Shown one piece after another: positions 40,471 to 50,124 of a stretch of 64,000 nucleotides of DNA. The notes beneath the pieces are model-generated. The model did not search any database. It was not told the origin of the DNA and saw nothing but the letters and a program-made list of their open reading frames with translations. The DNA comes from an uncultured virus (IMG/VR IMGVR_UViG_3300030103_005378) (taxonomy: Duplodnaviria > Heunggongvirae > Uroviricota > Caudoviricetes): the IMG/VR virus record IMGVR_UViG_3300030103_005378; one strand, written 5' to 3'. Position 1 is the first letter of the stretch, and each line of letters starts with the position of its first letter. The translations under genes were made by a program, and so were the position numbers.

Positions 40471-41715
40471 ATGAAAATATCAATTATCCAACCAAGTAGA
40501 AATAATCTTAAATACCTTAAATGGTCATATGATTCAATTCGTAAAAACCAAGGTGACCATGAAGTAGAAATTTGTGTAGCAGATGACTTTAGTGATAAGG
40601 ATAATACTTGGGAATGGTGTAAAGAAATGATGGAAAAAGACCCATTATTTAAGGCAATTAGAAATGAAGGACCAACTCGTTTAGGTCATACAATACTATA
40701 CGATCGTTTAGTTAATGAAGTAGCAACACATGATATTTGTATGATTTACCATGCTGATATGTACTTATGTCCAGGTGCGTTAGATGCGATTGAAAAACAT
40801 TTAAAGGAAAAAACAATCGTATCACTTACTAGAATCGAACCACCATTACATCCACCTGGCCCTGAAAAAATATTATTAGATTGTGGTATTGAACCTGAAG
40901 AGTTTGATGAAAGAAAACTATTAGACAGGGTTAAGTTTATGCATGAAAAAATAGGCCAACCCCTGAATGCTAATACCTCTTCAATGCCAGAAACTACAGA
41001 AGGTATATTTGCACCTTGGGCATTTTGGAAAAAAGATTTTCAAGAAATAGGAGGTCATGACCCTATATTTGCTCCACAATCAAAAGAAGATACAGATATA
41101 TTCAATCGTTTTCATTTAAATGGAATTAAGTTTATTCAAACATGGGAAGGATTTGTTTATCATATGACTTGTAGAGGGAGTAGATTTGCCGATGGAGCAA
41201 AACGAAACCCTGATGGTCAAGTGTTTATGAAAAATAGAGAAACAGATGAATGGTTAGCTCAAAACCAAAAATCAACTAGAGAATTTATTCGTAAATGGGG
41301 GCATTTTTGTAAACATGATGCTTTAATGAAACCAATTGTACCACCTAAATATGAAGTAGGTATTGTAGTTGAAAATTGCTATATACAATTAATACAAGCA
41401 TTAGAACCATGGTGTGATTATCTTTACGTTGATTTAGAAGAATTTGTTTTATACAGTGAAGAAGAACAAAAATATAGTTCATTTAATATAGATGAAAGAG
41501 TTAAAGGATTTGATCCAAATAAACATGTTATTAAAGATAATATTACTGTTAAAATAAATGGCAATAAATTTACTCAACAAGATATGCAAATAATACAACA
41601 ATTGTCTGAAATAATTCAGGATAGTGGAGAGATAGGTGAATTTGAATTAGGTAATTTAAAAATTCAAATCAACGATTTAACGACATACGAAAACAACTTA
41701 ATTATATGCGATTAA
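40471..41715 (+). CDS. Glycosyltransferase family 2
   Basis: ISIIQPSRNN, VADDFSD, HADM, IGGHD, EDTD. Confidence 0.82.
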   Translation: MKISIIQPSRNNLKYLKWSYDSIRKNQGDHEVEICVADDFSDKDNTWEWCKEMMEKDPLFKAIRNEGPTRLGHTILYDRLVNEVATHDICMIYHADMYLCPGALDAIEKHLKEKTIVSLTRIEPPLHPPGPEKILLDCGIEPEEFDERKLLDRVKFMHEKIGQPLNANTSSMPETTEGIFAPWAFWKKDFQEIGGHDPIFAPQSKEDTDIFNRFHLNGIKFIQTWEGFVYHMTCRGSRFADGAKRNPDGQVFMKNRETDEWLAQNQKSTREFIRKWGHFCKHDALMKPIVPPKYEVGIVVENCYIQLIQALEPWCDYLYVDLEEFVLYSEEEQKYSSFNIDERVKGFDPNKHVIKDNITVKINGNKFTQQDMQIIQQLSEIIQDSGEIGEFELGNLKIQINDLTTYENNLIICD

Positions 41716-42044
41716 TATTTGGAATATTATTTTTTCTAGGAGCACATTTAGTAACATGGTTTCAATTAAATGGTCAATTCATTTGGAATTGGTTTGAAAA
41801 AAATACCTTTATACTTGCATTATTTGGTATACCCATTTCTTACTTATATATCTATGGAACAAAATATACAGTACAACACTTTGACGGTACATTATGGCCA
41901 GCTCGTTTTATAGGGTTTGGTGTAGGAATACTAGTTTATGCTTTATTTGTAGGAATATTTTTTAAAGAAGGTATAACATTAAAAACTTTAACTTCTCTTT
42001 TACTATCTCTTTCTTTAATATTTATACAGGTATTTTGGAAATAA
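41706..42044 (+). CDS. Four-TM small membrane protein (DMT/SMR-like)
   Basis: Four hydrophobic segments in 112 aa. Confidence 0.5.
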   Translation: MRLIFGILFFLGAHLVTWFQLNGQFIWNWFEKNTFILALFGIPISYLYIYGTKYTVQHFDGTLWPARFIGFGVGILVYALFVGIFFKEGITLKTLTSLLLSLSLIFIQVFWK

Positions 42045-42462
42045 GGAATACTTTTTATATATTGTATTATCTTAAAAAAGTTTGTTATGAGTGAAGAAAG
42101 ATTTGAGAAAGTAGTTAAAAAACTTGGAAAAGGAATTAATCTAAAAAAAAATAAAAGAACTATCAAAAATAAAGAAGATAAATTTTTATTAGAACTAATT
42201 GAAAGACTTTGTGAGATAGAATCTTTAACAATGGGGGTTAGTAAAGCAGGAGTAAATTTATTTGCGTATGAAGAAAAATATTTATTTATTATTAAAGACC
42301 TAATTGTTAAACTTTATGGGGAGAAGAAAAGTGAAATTATCTTATGGTGGGTATTTGAAAGTATAACCCCAGATGACAAAATATTACCAATTGAGGATGA
42401 AGATGGAAAAGAACATATTATTGAAAATCCTCGACAATTAGTAAAATTTTTAAAACGGTACG

Positions 42463-42705
42463 ATGAAAAATGAAATGTGTGTAAAATGTAAGAAACCTAT
42501 TAACCCATTAAGGTTAAAGGCTTTACCTGGAACAAAAGTTTGTGTTAATTGTTCTACAACTGGAGCAAAAAGTGGTGTTCCTGTAATGTTTGGGTCAAAA
42601 GATCATACTTGGACAGATTTAGTGATTATGGAAGAGGATGAATTCAAGGCATTTAAACAAAGAGAAAAGAAAAAAGGAAAGGGATTTGATAAACTAAACG
42701 ATTAA
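42463..42705 (+). CDS. TraR/DksA-type C4 zinc finger protein
   Basis: CVKCKKPINPLRLKALPGTKVCVNC. Confidence 0.7.
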   Translation: MKNEMCVKCKKPINPLRLKALPGTKVCVNCSTTGAKSGVPVMFGSKDHTWTDLVIMEEDEFKAFKQREKKKGKGFDKLND

Positions 42706-42708
42706 AAA

Positions 42709-43350
42709 ATGGCAATTCACACATTTGGAGATAGTCACGCAGGAGAATCGCTTCAATCAGATATAAACATAGGATTTAGCGACAAATGTAAAAGGAATGG
42801 ATGGCCTGAAGGTGTTAAGCATCATCATATGGGTGCTATTATTTGCAATAGTTTTGGAACTAAAGGACTTGAATTGGTAGATGTGAGTAAATTTGACCTA
42901 GAAGATGGAGATAGTCTAGTTTTTAGTTTTGGAGAAATAGACTGTAGGTGTCATGTTTACAAACACGTTAATAAATCTCAAACATACAAAGACGTTATTG
43001 ATAGACTAATCAACAACTACTTTAATGCTATAAAAGTAAATTTAGATAGACTAAAAGTAAACCTAAAAAACATTTGTGTATATAATGTGCCGCCACCCTC
43101 AAGAGAAAGTGATTGCCCAGAAATAGATACTCCTTACGTGGGAAGTGATGAGGAAAGGAAATTAGCATATTTATATTTCAATAAATTACTAAATGAGAAA
43201 TGCCTAGAAAATGGGTACATATTTATTAACATTTATGATAAGTACACCGATAAAGATGGATTTATAATAAGAGATATAACTGATGGGTGGGTCCATATTG
43301 CAGATGGAGTACATTTACATGAATTTTTAAAAAAACATAATATAAAATAA
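42709..43350 (+). CDS. SGNH hydrolase-like protein
   Basis: FGDSH, FGEIDCR, DGWVH. Confidence 0.6.
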   Translation: MAIHTFGDSHAGESLQSDINIGFSDKCKRNGWPEGVKHHHMGAIICNSFGTKGLELVDVSKFDLEDGDSLVFSFGEIDCRCHVYKHVNKSQTYKDVIDRLINNYFNAIKVNLDRLKVNLKNICVYNVPPPSRESDCPEIDTPYVGSDEERKLAYLYFNKLLNEKCLENGYIFINIYDKYTDKDGFIIRDITDGWVHIADGVHLHEFLKKHNIK

Positions 43351-43830
43351 ATGAAAAAGATATTACTACTAATTTTATTAATACCTGGATTATTATACTC
43401 ACAAAACAAATCCTTTTATATAGAAGCTAATGCTGGTGTAAGTACTACAGTAAACTATGAAGATGAAGTTATAGACATTGTAGATATGAGTGTAACCTAT
43501 GAAAATAATGATAAATTTATGGGTTCATTATCGATAGGTACTAATATACCTATGGGGGACTATAGTTTGATAGATATACAACTAGGTTTATCTTATCCTT
43601 ATATTATAACTGGAAAAGTGGGTGTTGGTTCTTATTATGGTAAAAAGGAACAAATAGCTATTATATTAGGTATTAGACCTTATCCATTGATGGGCTACGC
43701 TCAATTAAATATTAGACCTAACACTGGTTTACACTTTGTATTTTGTGGTGAAATAGGTACGGGGGGAGATATTTCTTTAGGTACTAGAAGTATATTTAAT
43801 GTAGGTTTAAGACTCCCAATTAAAAAATAA
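43351..43830 (+). CDS. Signal-peptide protein, possible small outer-membrane beta-barrel
   Basis: MKKILLLILLIPGLLYSQ signal; alternating beta pattern. Confidence 0.5.
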   Translation: MKKILLLILLIPGLLYSQNKSFYIEANAGVSTTVNYEDEVIDIVDMSVTYENNDKFMGSLSIGTNIPMGDYSLIDIQLGLSYPYIITGKVGVGSYYGKKEQIAIILGIRPYPLMGYAQLNIRPNTGLHFVFCGEIGTGGDISLGTRSIFNVGLRLPIKK

Positions 43831-43833
43831 ACC

Positions 43834-44214
43834 ATGCCAAAAAAACCAGACCAAGTAGTAGATAACCCTAGTATAACACCTTACACTACAAATGTGGGTG
43901 CACCTGCTATACAAAAAGAAGATATTGAAGTGTGGAAGCAACGAAGTGTTATTAAGGTAAATCACCAATTTAAAACTAGGTTTGAAGAATTAAAAAACCA
44001 ATACAGACAACTTATTGAAGAAATAGATTGGAATGATTTAGTTTATAATTCAAAATATTCTTTTGAACCTATAATAGGAGAGACATATTACCTTTATTGT
44101 AATATTAAAGAAGAAGTATTCCTATCATTAATATCACCAAATGAATGGGATAAACAATGTATTGGAGCTTTTAAATTAGATAGTGATCAAAAATGGATGA
44201 AAACTAATGGCTAA
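43834..44214 (+). CDS. DUF2452-like protein
   Basis: PY.TNVGAP, FEPIIGETYYLY, FLSLISPNEW. Confidence 0.6.
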   Translation: MPKKPDQVVDNPSITPYTTNVGAPAIQKEDIEVWKQRSVIKVNHQFKTRFEELKNQYRQLIEEIDWNDLVYNSKYSFEPIIGETYYLYCNIKEEVFLSLISPNEWDKQCIGAFKLDSDQKWMKTNG

Positions 44215-44860
44215 ACCAAAACCCATATCAAAAGAAATGTGTTTAGCAGCAATGGCTAAAACCAAATCAGTATTAGCAGCTGCTAGATATTTAAATTGTT
44301 CATATCAACATTTAAAACCTTATATGCAATCATATAAAGATGATGAAACAGGTTTATCTTTATTTGAATTACATAAAAATCAAAGTGGAAAAGGTATACC
44401 AAAATTTATGAGTGATACTCCATTTGGTAGAAAAGCACCTGCGATTGATGATATAGTAAATGGTAGAGCAGATGCTTCATCTTTTAATTTGGAAAAAGTT
44501 AAATTTAAAATGATTGAAGCTGGGTATTTACTAGAACAGTGTTATCATTGTGGTTATGATGAAAAGCGAGATATAGATGGTAAATTACCACTATTAATGT
44601 TTTTTAAAGATGGAAATAAAAATAATTTCCAAGATGGTAATGCCCAAATGTCTTGTTATAATTGTTATTTTTTAAATATTGGTAAAGTATTTAATGAAAA
44701 AGATATTGAAAAACTAGAAGGACATTCAGTTGTATACAATACAACAGATGCTTCAGATTTCCAATTAGATGATTACCACAAAAAGAAATTAGATGAATTA
44801 GGGGAATGGGAAGATAAAGTAGATAAAGATCCTTATTCACTTGTTTCAAGAAAGAAATAA
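44207..44860 (+). CDS. HTH plus degenerate HNH/zinc-binding protein
   Basis: N-terminal AAARYL helix; CYHCG...DGNKNN...CYNC. Confidence 0.55.
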   Translation: MAKPKPISKEMCLAAMAKTKSVLAAARYLNCSYQHLKPYMQSYKDDETGLSLFELHKNQSGKGIPKFMSDTPFGRKAPAIDDIVNGRADASSFNLEKVKFKMIEAGYLLEQCYHCGYDEKRDIDGKLPLLMFFKDGNKNNFQDGNAQMSCYNCYFLNIGKVFNEKDIEKLEGHSVVYNTTDASDFQLDDYHKKKLDELGEWEDKVDKDPYSLVSRKK

Positions 44861-45031
44861 TATTTATAATTGGAATGAAAAAGAAAAAACATAATAAATT
44901 AGTAAGTGATTATTCTAAACAAAGATCTAATCATTTAGAAAAATTAGCTACTAAAATGTTAAAGAATGAAGAAATTTCAACTAAACTCAAAAAAATGGAG
45001 ATTGATCCAAAGTTTTTAAATTTATTTTAAA

Positions 45032-45376
45032 ATGGAATTAATGGCAACAGAAATTAGTGTGTTTGATACAGAAGAGTTTGAAAAATTAATAGCAGAAAAA
45101 GATATTAGAATTGCTAATGCCTTAGTTGATACAGTACTGAGTAACCTTAAAGGAAAAAAGAAACACCATCATGCTTTATCTGTACTAGTAGTTCAGGAAC
45201 AGACAATGTATGATATTACAATAGATAGAGTAGAATTTTCAACTACACTTAAAAACCATTTATCTATTTTTGAGGAGAAAGAAATGTATGAGAGATGTGC
45301 TGAAATTGTAAAAGCAATAAAGTATCTAGAAAACAAACCTAAAAGAGGACGTCCAAAAAAGAATTTGGATAAGTAA
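45032..45376 (+). CDS. Hypothetical with UVR-like helix and AT-hook-like KRGRPKK
   Basis: EMYERCAEI; KRGRPKK. Confidence 0.6.
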   Translation: MELMATEISVFDTEEFEKLIAEKDIRIANALVDTVLSNLKGKKKHHHALSVLVVQEQTMYDITIDRVEFSTTLKNHLSIFEEKEMYERCAEIVKAIKYLENKPKRGRPKKNLDK

Positions 45377-45410
45377 AAATTTTTTCGTATGTTTTTATAA
45401 AATTAAGGTT

Positions 45411-45839
45411 ATGCCATTATTTGAGTTTTCAAATTTAAACAAGTACGGAAATTTAAGAACTAGATTAGTATATAGAGAAAGTTCTCAATTTAAATTTTAT
45501 CCAAAAGGATTAGGAAGGTTTGTAGGTGTAAAGCGTTTTAAATATGACTACATACATGAATATATTTCACCTTCTTTACTTAATGTAGGAGATAAAAAAT
45601 ACCTTGTACCTGATTGGAAAGAAGTAGATCCAAATACTACACTAGATGATATTAATTGGATTAAACCTACCAAACCAGAACCAAAAGTAGAACCAAATTT
45701 ATTTAAATTTAAATCAAGTTCTAGTGATACAGTTTATACAGTAAGAAAAATAATGGATAGTTACAAATGTAATTGTCCTGGATATTGGAGATCCAAAACT
45801 AGAGAATGTAAACATATTAAAGAATTAAAAAATAAATAG
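45411..45839 (+). CDS. SWIM-type zinc finger protein
   Basis: YTV...CNCPG...CKH. Confidence 0.65.
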   Translation: MPLFEFSNLNKYGNLRTRLVYRESSQFKFYPKGLGRFVGVKRFKYDYIHEYISPSLLNVGDKKYLVPDWKEVDPNTTLDDINWIKPTKPEPKVEPNLFKFKSSSSDTVYTVRKIMDSYKCNCPGYWRSKTRECKHIKELKNK

Positions 45840-45960
45840 TTATAACAAATGAGTAAAAACCCACCAAGACAAAGAATTGAAGCATTAAAAGATTGGTTAA
45901 CAACAATTGAAGCATTTAAATTAAAAAAGAAAAAAAAGAAAAAGAGATAAGAGGATTTTA

Positions 45961-46044
45961 GCTCGAGTGGTGGAATTGGTAGACACGCCGGACTTAAAAT
46001 CCTGTGGGCATTAGCCCGTGAGGGTTCAAATCCCTCCTCGAGTA
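45961..46044 (+). tRNA. tRNA-Leu(TAA)
   Basis: GCTCGAG/CTCGAGT acceptor, CT-TAA-AA loop, long variable arm, GTTCAAATC; no encoded CCA. Confidence 0.93.
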
Positions 46045-46053
46045 CAAACATTT

Positions 46054-46138
46054 GAAACATCTGTTCTCCCTCCTTTTACTCTCAGATGTTTCTTTCCCCC
46101 TAATAAACCTAAAGATATTTTTGGGATTTTATTAGGGG
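46054..46138 (+). ncRNA. Candidate two-hairpin small RNA within tRNA cluster
   Basis: GAAACATCTG/CAGATGTTTC and CCCCTAATAAA/TTTATTAGGGG stems. Confidence 0.4.
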
Positions 46139-46142
46139 ACAT

Positions 46143-46214
46143 GGCCCATTCGTCTAGTGGTTAGGACGCTAGGTTTTCATCCTAGAAACAGGAGTTCGAT
46201 TCTCCTATGGGCTA
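46143..46214 (+). tRNA. tRNA-Glu(TTC)
   Basis: CTAGG-TT-TTC-AT-CCTAG arm, GTTCGATTC. Confidence 0.93.
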
Positions 46215-46218
46215 CAAA

Positions 46219-46292
46219 GGACTGGTAGTTCAGTTGGTTAGAATACCTGCCTGTCACGCAGGGGGTCGCGAGTTCGAGTCCCGTCCAGTCCG
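46219..46292 (+). tRNA. tRNA-Asp(GTC)
   Basis: CCTGC-CT-GTC-AC-GCAGG arm; GGACTGG/CCAGTCC acceptor. Confidence 0.93.
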
Positions 46293-46296
46293 CTTT

Positions 46297-46369
46297 TGTC
46301 CTATGGTGTAATTGGCAACACGTCTGGTTTTGGTCCAGAAGAGTCGAGGTTCGAGCCCTTGTGGGACAA
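46297..46369 (+). tRNA. tRNA-Gln(TTG)
   Basis: TCTGG-TT-TTG-GT-CCAGA arm; TGTCCTA/TGGGACA acceptor. Confidence 0.92.
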
Positions 46370-46737
46370 CAATTAATAAAAATAAAAATTATGAAAATAA
46401 AAGTAGAAATAACCTCATTAGAAACACTTATTTCTAAATTAGAAAAGAAGTATAATGATGAAAACAGTAAACCATTAAGTGATACTATTACCCACCTTAA
46501 ATCAGCTCTCCGAAGTATAAAAAAAGTTTAAATATTTATAACTATGAAACGATTTAAAAAACACTCAATTCACATACTACAAATTTTATTTATGTTAGTA
46601 ATGTGTATATTATACCCATTTTGGTGGGCTAATGGATACTTAGACACAACCTATTTAAAAATAGCTACTGGAATTGCTGCTTATGGTGGGTTTATAGCTT
46701 CTTTAGTTTGGTATCTCCAATATAGAAAAGATAACTA

Positions 46738-47121
46738 GTGGAATATATTGGATTAGTTTGCTTTATTTTATCAGGAGTAAGTGAAGGTGTAATGGATACC
46801 CTCCAATTTCACTTTTATAATTCTGTTTTTTACTCTAAAAACCCACAATTATTTTGGAATCCAGAGATTTCATGGAAAAATAAATATAAAAATGGAGACC
46901 CAAAACAAGGCCCTAAATTTCTCTTTTCAACTACATTGCTAGTAGGTTTAACAGATGCTTGGCATTTTTTCAAACTATTAAGAAACTTGTTTATATTTAT
47001 GGGTGTACTATTTTTAGCACTTCCTATTAATAGTTTTTGGATTTGCATTTTATGGGTTGCCTTAGCAAGAATTGTATTTGGTCTCTCATTTACCATTTCC
47101 TATAGAAAAATGGGGGTATAG
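46738..47121 (+). CDS. Membrane protein
   Basis: 127 aa with TM segments; stop codon lies inside tRNA-Ala. Confidence 0.65.
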   Translation: MEYIGLVCFILSGVSEGVMDTLQFHFYNSVFYSKNPQLFWNPEISWKNKYKNGDPKQGPKFLFSTTLLVGLTDAWHFFKLLRNLFIFMGVLFLALPINSFWICILWVALARIVFGLSFTISYRKMGV

Positions 47122-47188
47122 CTCAGCTGGCTAGAGCGCCTGCCTTGCACGCAGGAGGTCGTGGGTTCGACTCCCTCTACCTCCACCA
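47112..47188 (+). tRNA. tRNA-Ala(TGC) with encoded CCA
   Basis: CCTGC-CT-TGC-AC-GCAGG arm; GGGGGTA/TACCTCC-A-CCA. Confidence 0.93.
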
Positions 47189-47571
47189 TTTTTTAATTAA
47201 ATTAATTTAAAAAGGAATGGGGATTTTATCTTTTTTTTCTTATATTACCTTAAAATAAAAGTTATGTATATAATAGGAACATCACTTATAGGATTATCAT
47301 TTTTAATCAGAGCAATTAAATTTAGAAAATTTTTAAAAAGTATTACTAAAGTATGTCATATTTATGATTGGAAACATGTTGATGAAAATGGTGATCTTTT
47401 ATTAGAAATTATTAAAGATAATTATTGGGAAAAAGCAGAGTGGTCAGCTTATAATTTTTTATATTTAAAAGGCCCAAGTCCACTAAGGATGTTTTTTTCA
47501 TTTAAAACTTTAGAATTAAGAAGTTTTTATGATGAAAAAATCATTAAAAAAGTGAAAGAAAAAGTAGTAAA

Positions 47572-48246
47572 ATGAAATTATTAGAGATTTATCTTAAAGA
47601 GGTTTTAGTAAATGAAGTATGGGGTGAAATAGAAGAGTCACTTCAAATTGATGAAGCCATAACAGGTAAATTATCTTCCCTTCTAAAACAAGCAGATGAA
47701 CTTATATTTGAACCATTTGGTATTACAAAAGATGATCACAAAAAATATTTAGTATCTGGATCAGGTAGATTGTATTTATACCCTGCAATTAGAAAAGCAT
47801 TTAAATTAATTGAACCAGGTGATTTAGACCTAGTAATTCCAGGAGAACAAGAATGGGCTAATTTAAAAAAATATCTCCAAAAGAATGGTACTTGGGAAAA
47901 ACACAAATCAAATTATAAAAAGGGTATCTACAGACCTTCAAATGAAATAGAAGCATTTAAAGCTTGGAACCCACCAGGTATAAGTGTTGGATCAACAGAT
48001 CAAATACTAGCAAATAGTAGTGTAGTAGATGGTTATAGTTTTATGAGTTTTAGAGATATAGTTGATTATAAAATGAAACTTTCTAGACCTAAAGAAGAAG
48101 CAATTACTAAATTTCTTCTAAAATACAGAAACGAAACCACCCCAGAAGCTAAAGAGGAAATAATTGATGGTATTCTTAAATTAGTTGGACAAGAAGATAC
48201 AGAAGGGAATGAACAAGCAGTAAGAGATTTATTTGCTACTGATTAA
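47572..48246 (+). CDS. Putative Pol-beta superfamily nucleotidyltransferase with leader-like N-terminus
   Basis: VSGSG...PGDLDLV (GS/DxD); MKLLEIYLKEVLVNE start. Confidence 0.5.
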   Translation: MKLLEIYLKEVLVNEVWGEIEESLQIDEAITGKLSSLLKQADELIFEPFGITKDDHKKYLVSGSGRLYLYPAIRKAFKLIEPGDLDLVIPGEQEWANLKKYLQKNGTWEKHKSNYKKGIYRPSNEIEAFKAWNPPGISVGSTDQILANSSVVDGYSFMSFRDIVDYKMKLSRPKEEAITKFLLKYRNETTPEAKEEIIDGILKLVGQEDTEGNEQAVRDLFATD

Positions 48247-49350
48247 TTTTTCTTTGGAAATCTAAGGATTTTTTCATATATTTTAATAAATAAAAATTTT
48301 TAAAAAATGAAAAAATTAGAAAAATATTATCCTTTACTTCTAGCATTCATCAGTTTCCTATTCTCAGTTAGTTTATGGTTTGGAGGTTATAAAGACGAAG
48401 GAATGTTTGTTGGTATATGGGTACCTTCAATATTAGCGTGTGGATGTTTTATTAACACATTAAAGAAACAATAATGGACATATTAATATTTAGCGTTGGA
48501 TTTGTAATATTCGCTACTTATATGTTTTTTCTGTTGAGAATGATTAATAGATNNNNNNNNNNGTTTGGAGGTTATAAAGACGAAGGAATGTTCGTTGGTA
48601 TATGGGTACCTTCAATTTTGGGATTAGCAACCTTTTTCAATACATTAAAAAAGTAAAGTTATGAATATATTAATATTTAGTATTGGTTTCTTTATATTTG
48701 TAACATATATGTTTTTTCTGTTAAGAATGGTTAATAGATCACATAAATCCCAAGAAAAAGCACAAAATAAATATAAAAGACAAATTAAAAAACTTGGATC
48801 AATGGGTGCAGGTAACTATAACACAGAATCCCAGGAGAAATTTTGGTATGGCATTGAAGAGAAGAGAAAGAAATTTCCATATAGTAAAAGATAGATGGGA
48901 TTTATAATATTTTTTGTTGGTTCTGTAATATTTGTTTCTTACATACTTTTTTATGGATTTTTTGAAAAACAAGAAAAAAATAAAAATAAAAAAATAAAAG
49001 ATGATGACAGTATAGATTATGATGGTCATGGTAATTGGGGTAGATTCCCACCAAAAAAATATGAAAAAAAGAAAAGAAAAATTAAAATATAGCTTTAAAA
49101 CATTGGAGTACTATCCTGCTAAAGATCATTGCCATTATAGTGGATTACCATCTCCTTCAGCTTATGTAGAAGACAAAAAACATGATAAAAAACTTGATAA
49201 AAAAAATTCTAATTTGGAAAATAATTAAAAATTTAGGAAAAAACAAAAATAGAATATTATGAATGGAATAGAATATGTAGTAGTTGTATTTGGTATAATG
49301 TTACTAGTTATAGGTTTTATAGCAAATAGATGGTGGAAGAAAAATAGAAG

Positions 49351-50124
49351 ATGAATAAATTAATTTTTTTATTATTACCTCTTTTTAGTTATAATCAATC
49401 CCCAATAGGGATAGAAACATCATACCTAGACCCTGATAAAACTAGTTACCCTAAAGGTGAGAAAGTTCTAGCTTGTTACCAAATGGAAGGATGGACAGGA
49501 GGTAGTACTTGTAAATTAGAAAGTCTAGAAGTAGAATTAGGAGAAGGATGGGAAAATTTAACTCCACTTAACCCACCCCAAAACTGTAGTATTACAACAG
49601 AAGGAGATTGGGTGTGGGTGAATAATGGGTGGCATTTTGAATTTGGCCCTAGTAATAATAACCCCTCAGATGATATAGGGGATTGGGATTTTTTTGGGGA
49701 TTGTATTCGTTCATTTTGCTTTGAAATTCAAGTTAAAGATAGTTGTGAAGAATTAGATTTATCAATTATTGTAACATCTAGGGGAGATAACATAAATAGT
49801 GTTTGCAATTCATATCACTATTTATTATATGATGGTTACATTGAAGTCGGACCTGAATGTGAAATTGGGTTATATATTCCAAATTCTTTTACACCCAATG
49901 GAGATGGGTCTAATGATATATTACAACCTATAGGGAATGGGATTGAAAAATTTGATTTCAAAATATACAATAGATGGAATGAAATAGTATTTGAAAATAA
50001 CAACATAAATGAAGGTTGGGATGGAAATAATTCTCCAATTGGAGTTTATTTTTATAGAGTAATATACACTAATGTTCTAGGAGAAACATTACAAGTACAC
50101 GGACATATAAATTTAATAAAATAA
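49351..50124 (+). CDS. Secreted protein with T9SS type B (CHU_C / gliding-associated) C-terminal domain
   Basis: Signal peptide; YIPNSFTPNGDGSND...KIYNRW...GWDG...GVYFY. Confidence 0.85.
   Translation: MNKLIFLLLPLFSYNQSPIGIETSYLDPDKTSYPKGEKVLACYQMEGWTGGSTCKLESLEVELGEGWENLTPLNPPQNCSITTEGDWVWVNNGWHFEFGPSNNNPSDDIGDWDFFGDCIRSFCFEIQVKDSCEELDLSIIVTSRGDNINSVCNSYHYLLYDGYIEVGPECEIGLYIPNSFTPNGDGSNDILQPIGNGIEKFDFKIYNRWNEIVFENNNINEGWDGNNSPIGVYFYRVIYTNVLGETLQVHGHINLIK

Noticed and set aside
46219..46292. Que genes serving queuosine modification of the phage tRNA-Asp(GTC)
   Set aside because: No QueF, QueA or canonical TGT in the window, so DNA modification is more parsimonious, though host enzymes could complete the tRNA route.
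48375..48740. Tandem duplication of a membrane peptide pair
   Set aside because: The duplicated blocks flank an N-gap (48553-48562) and are probably two strain alleles scaffolded in series; cannot be resolved without reads.
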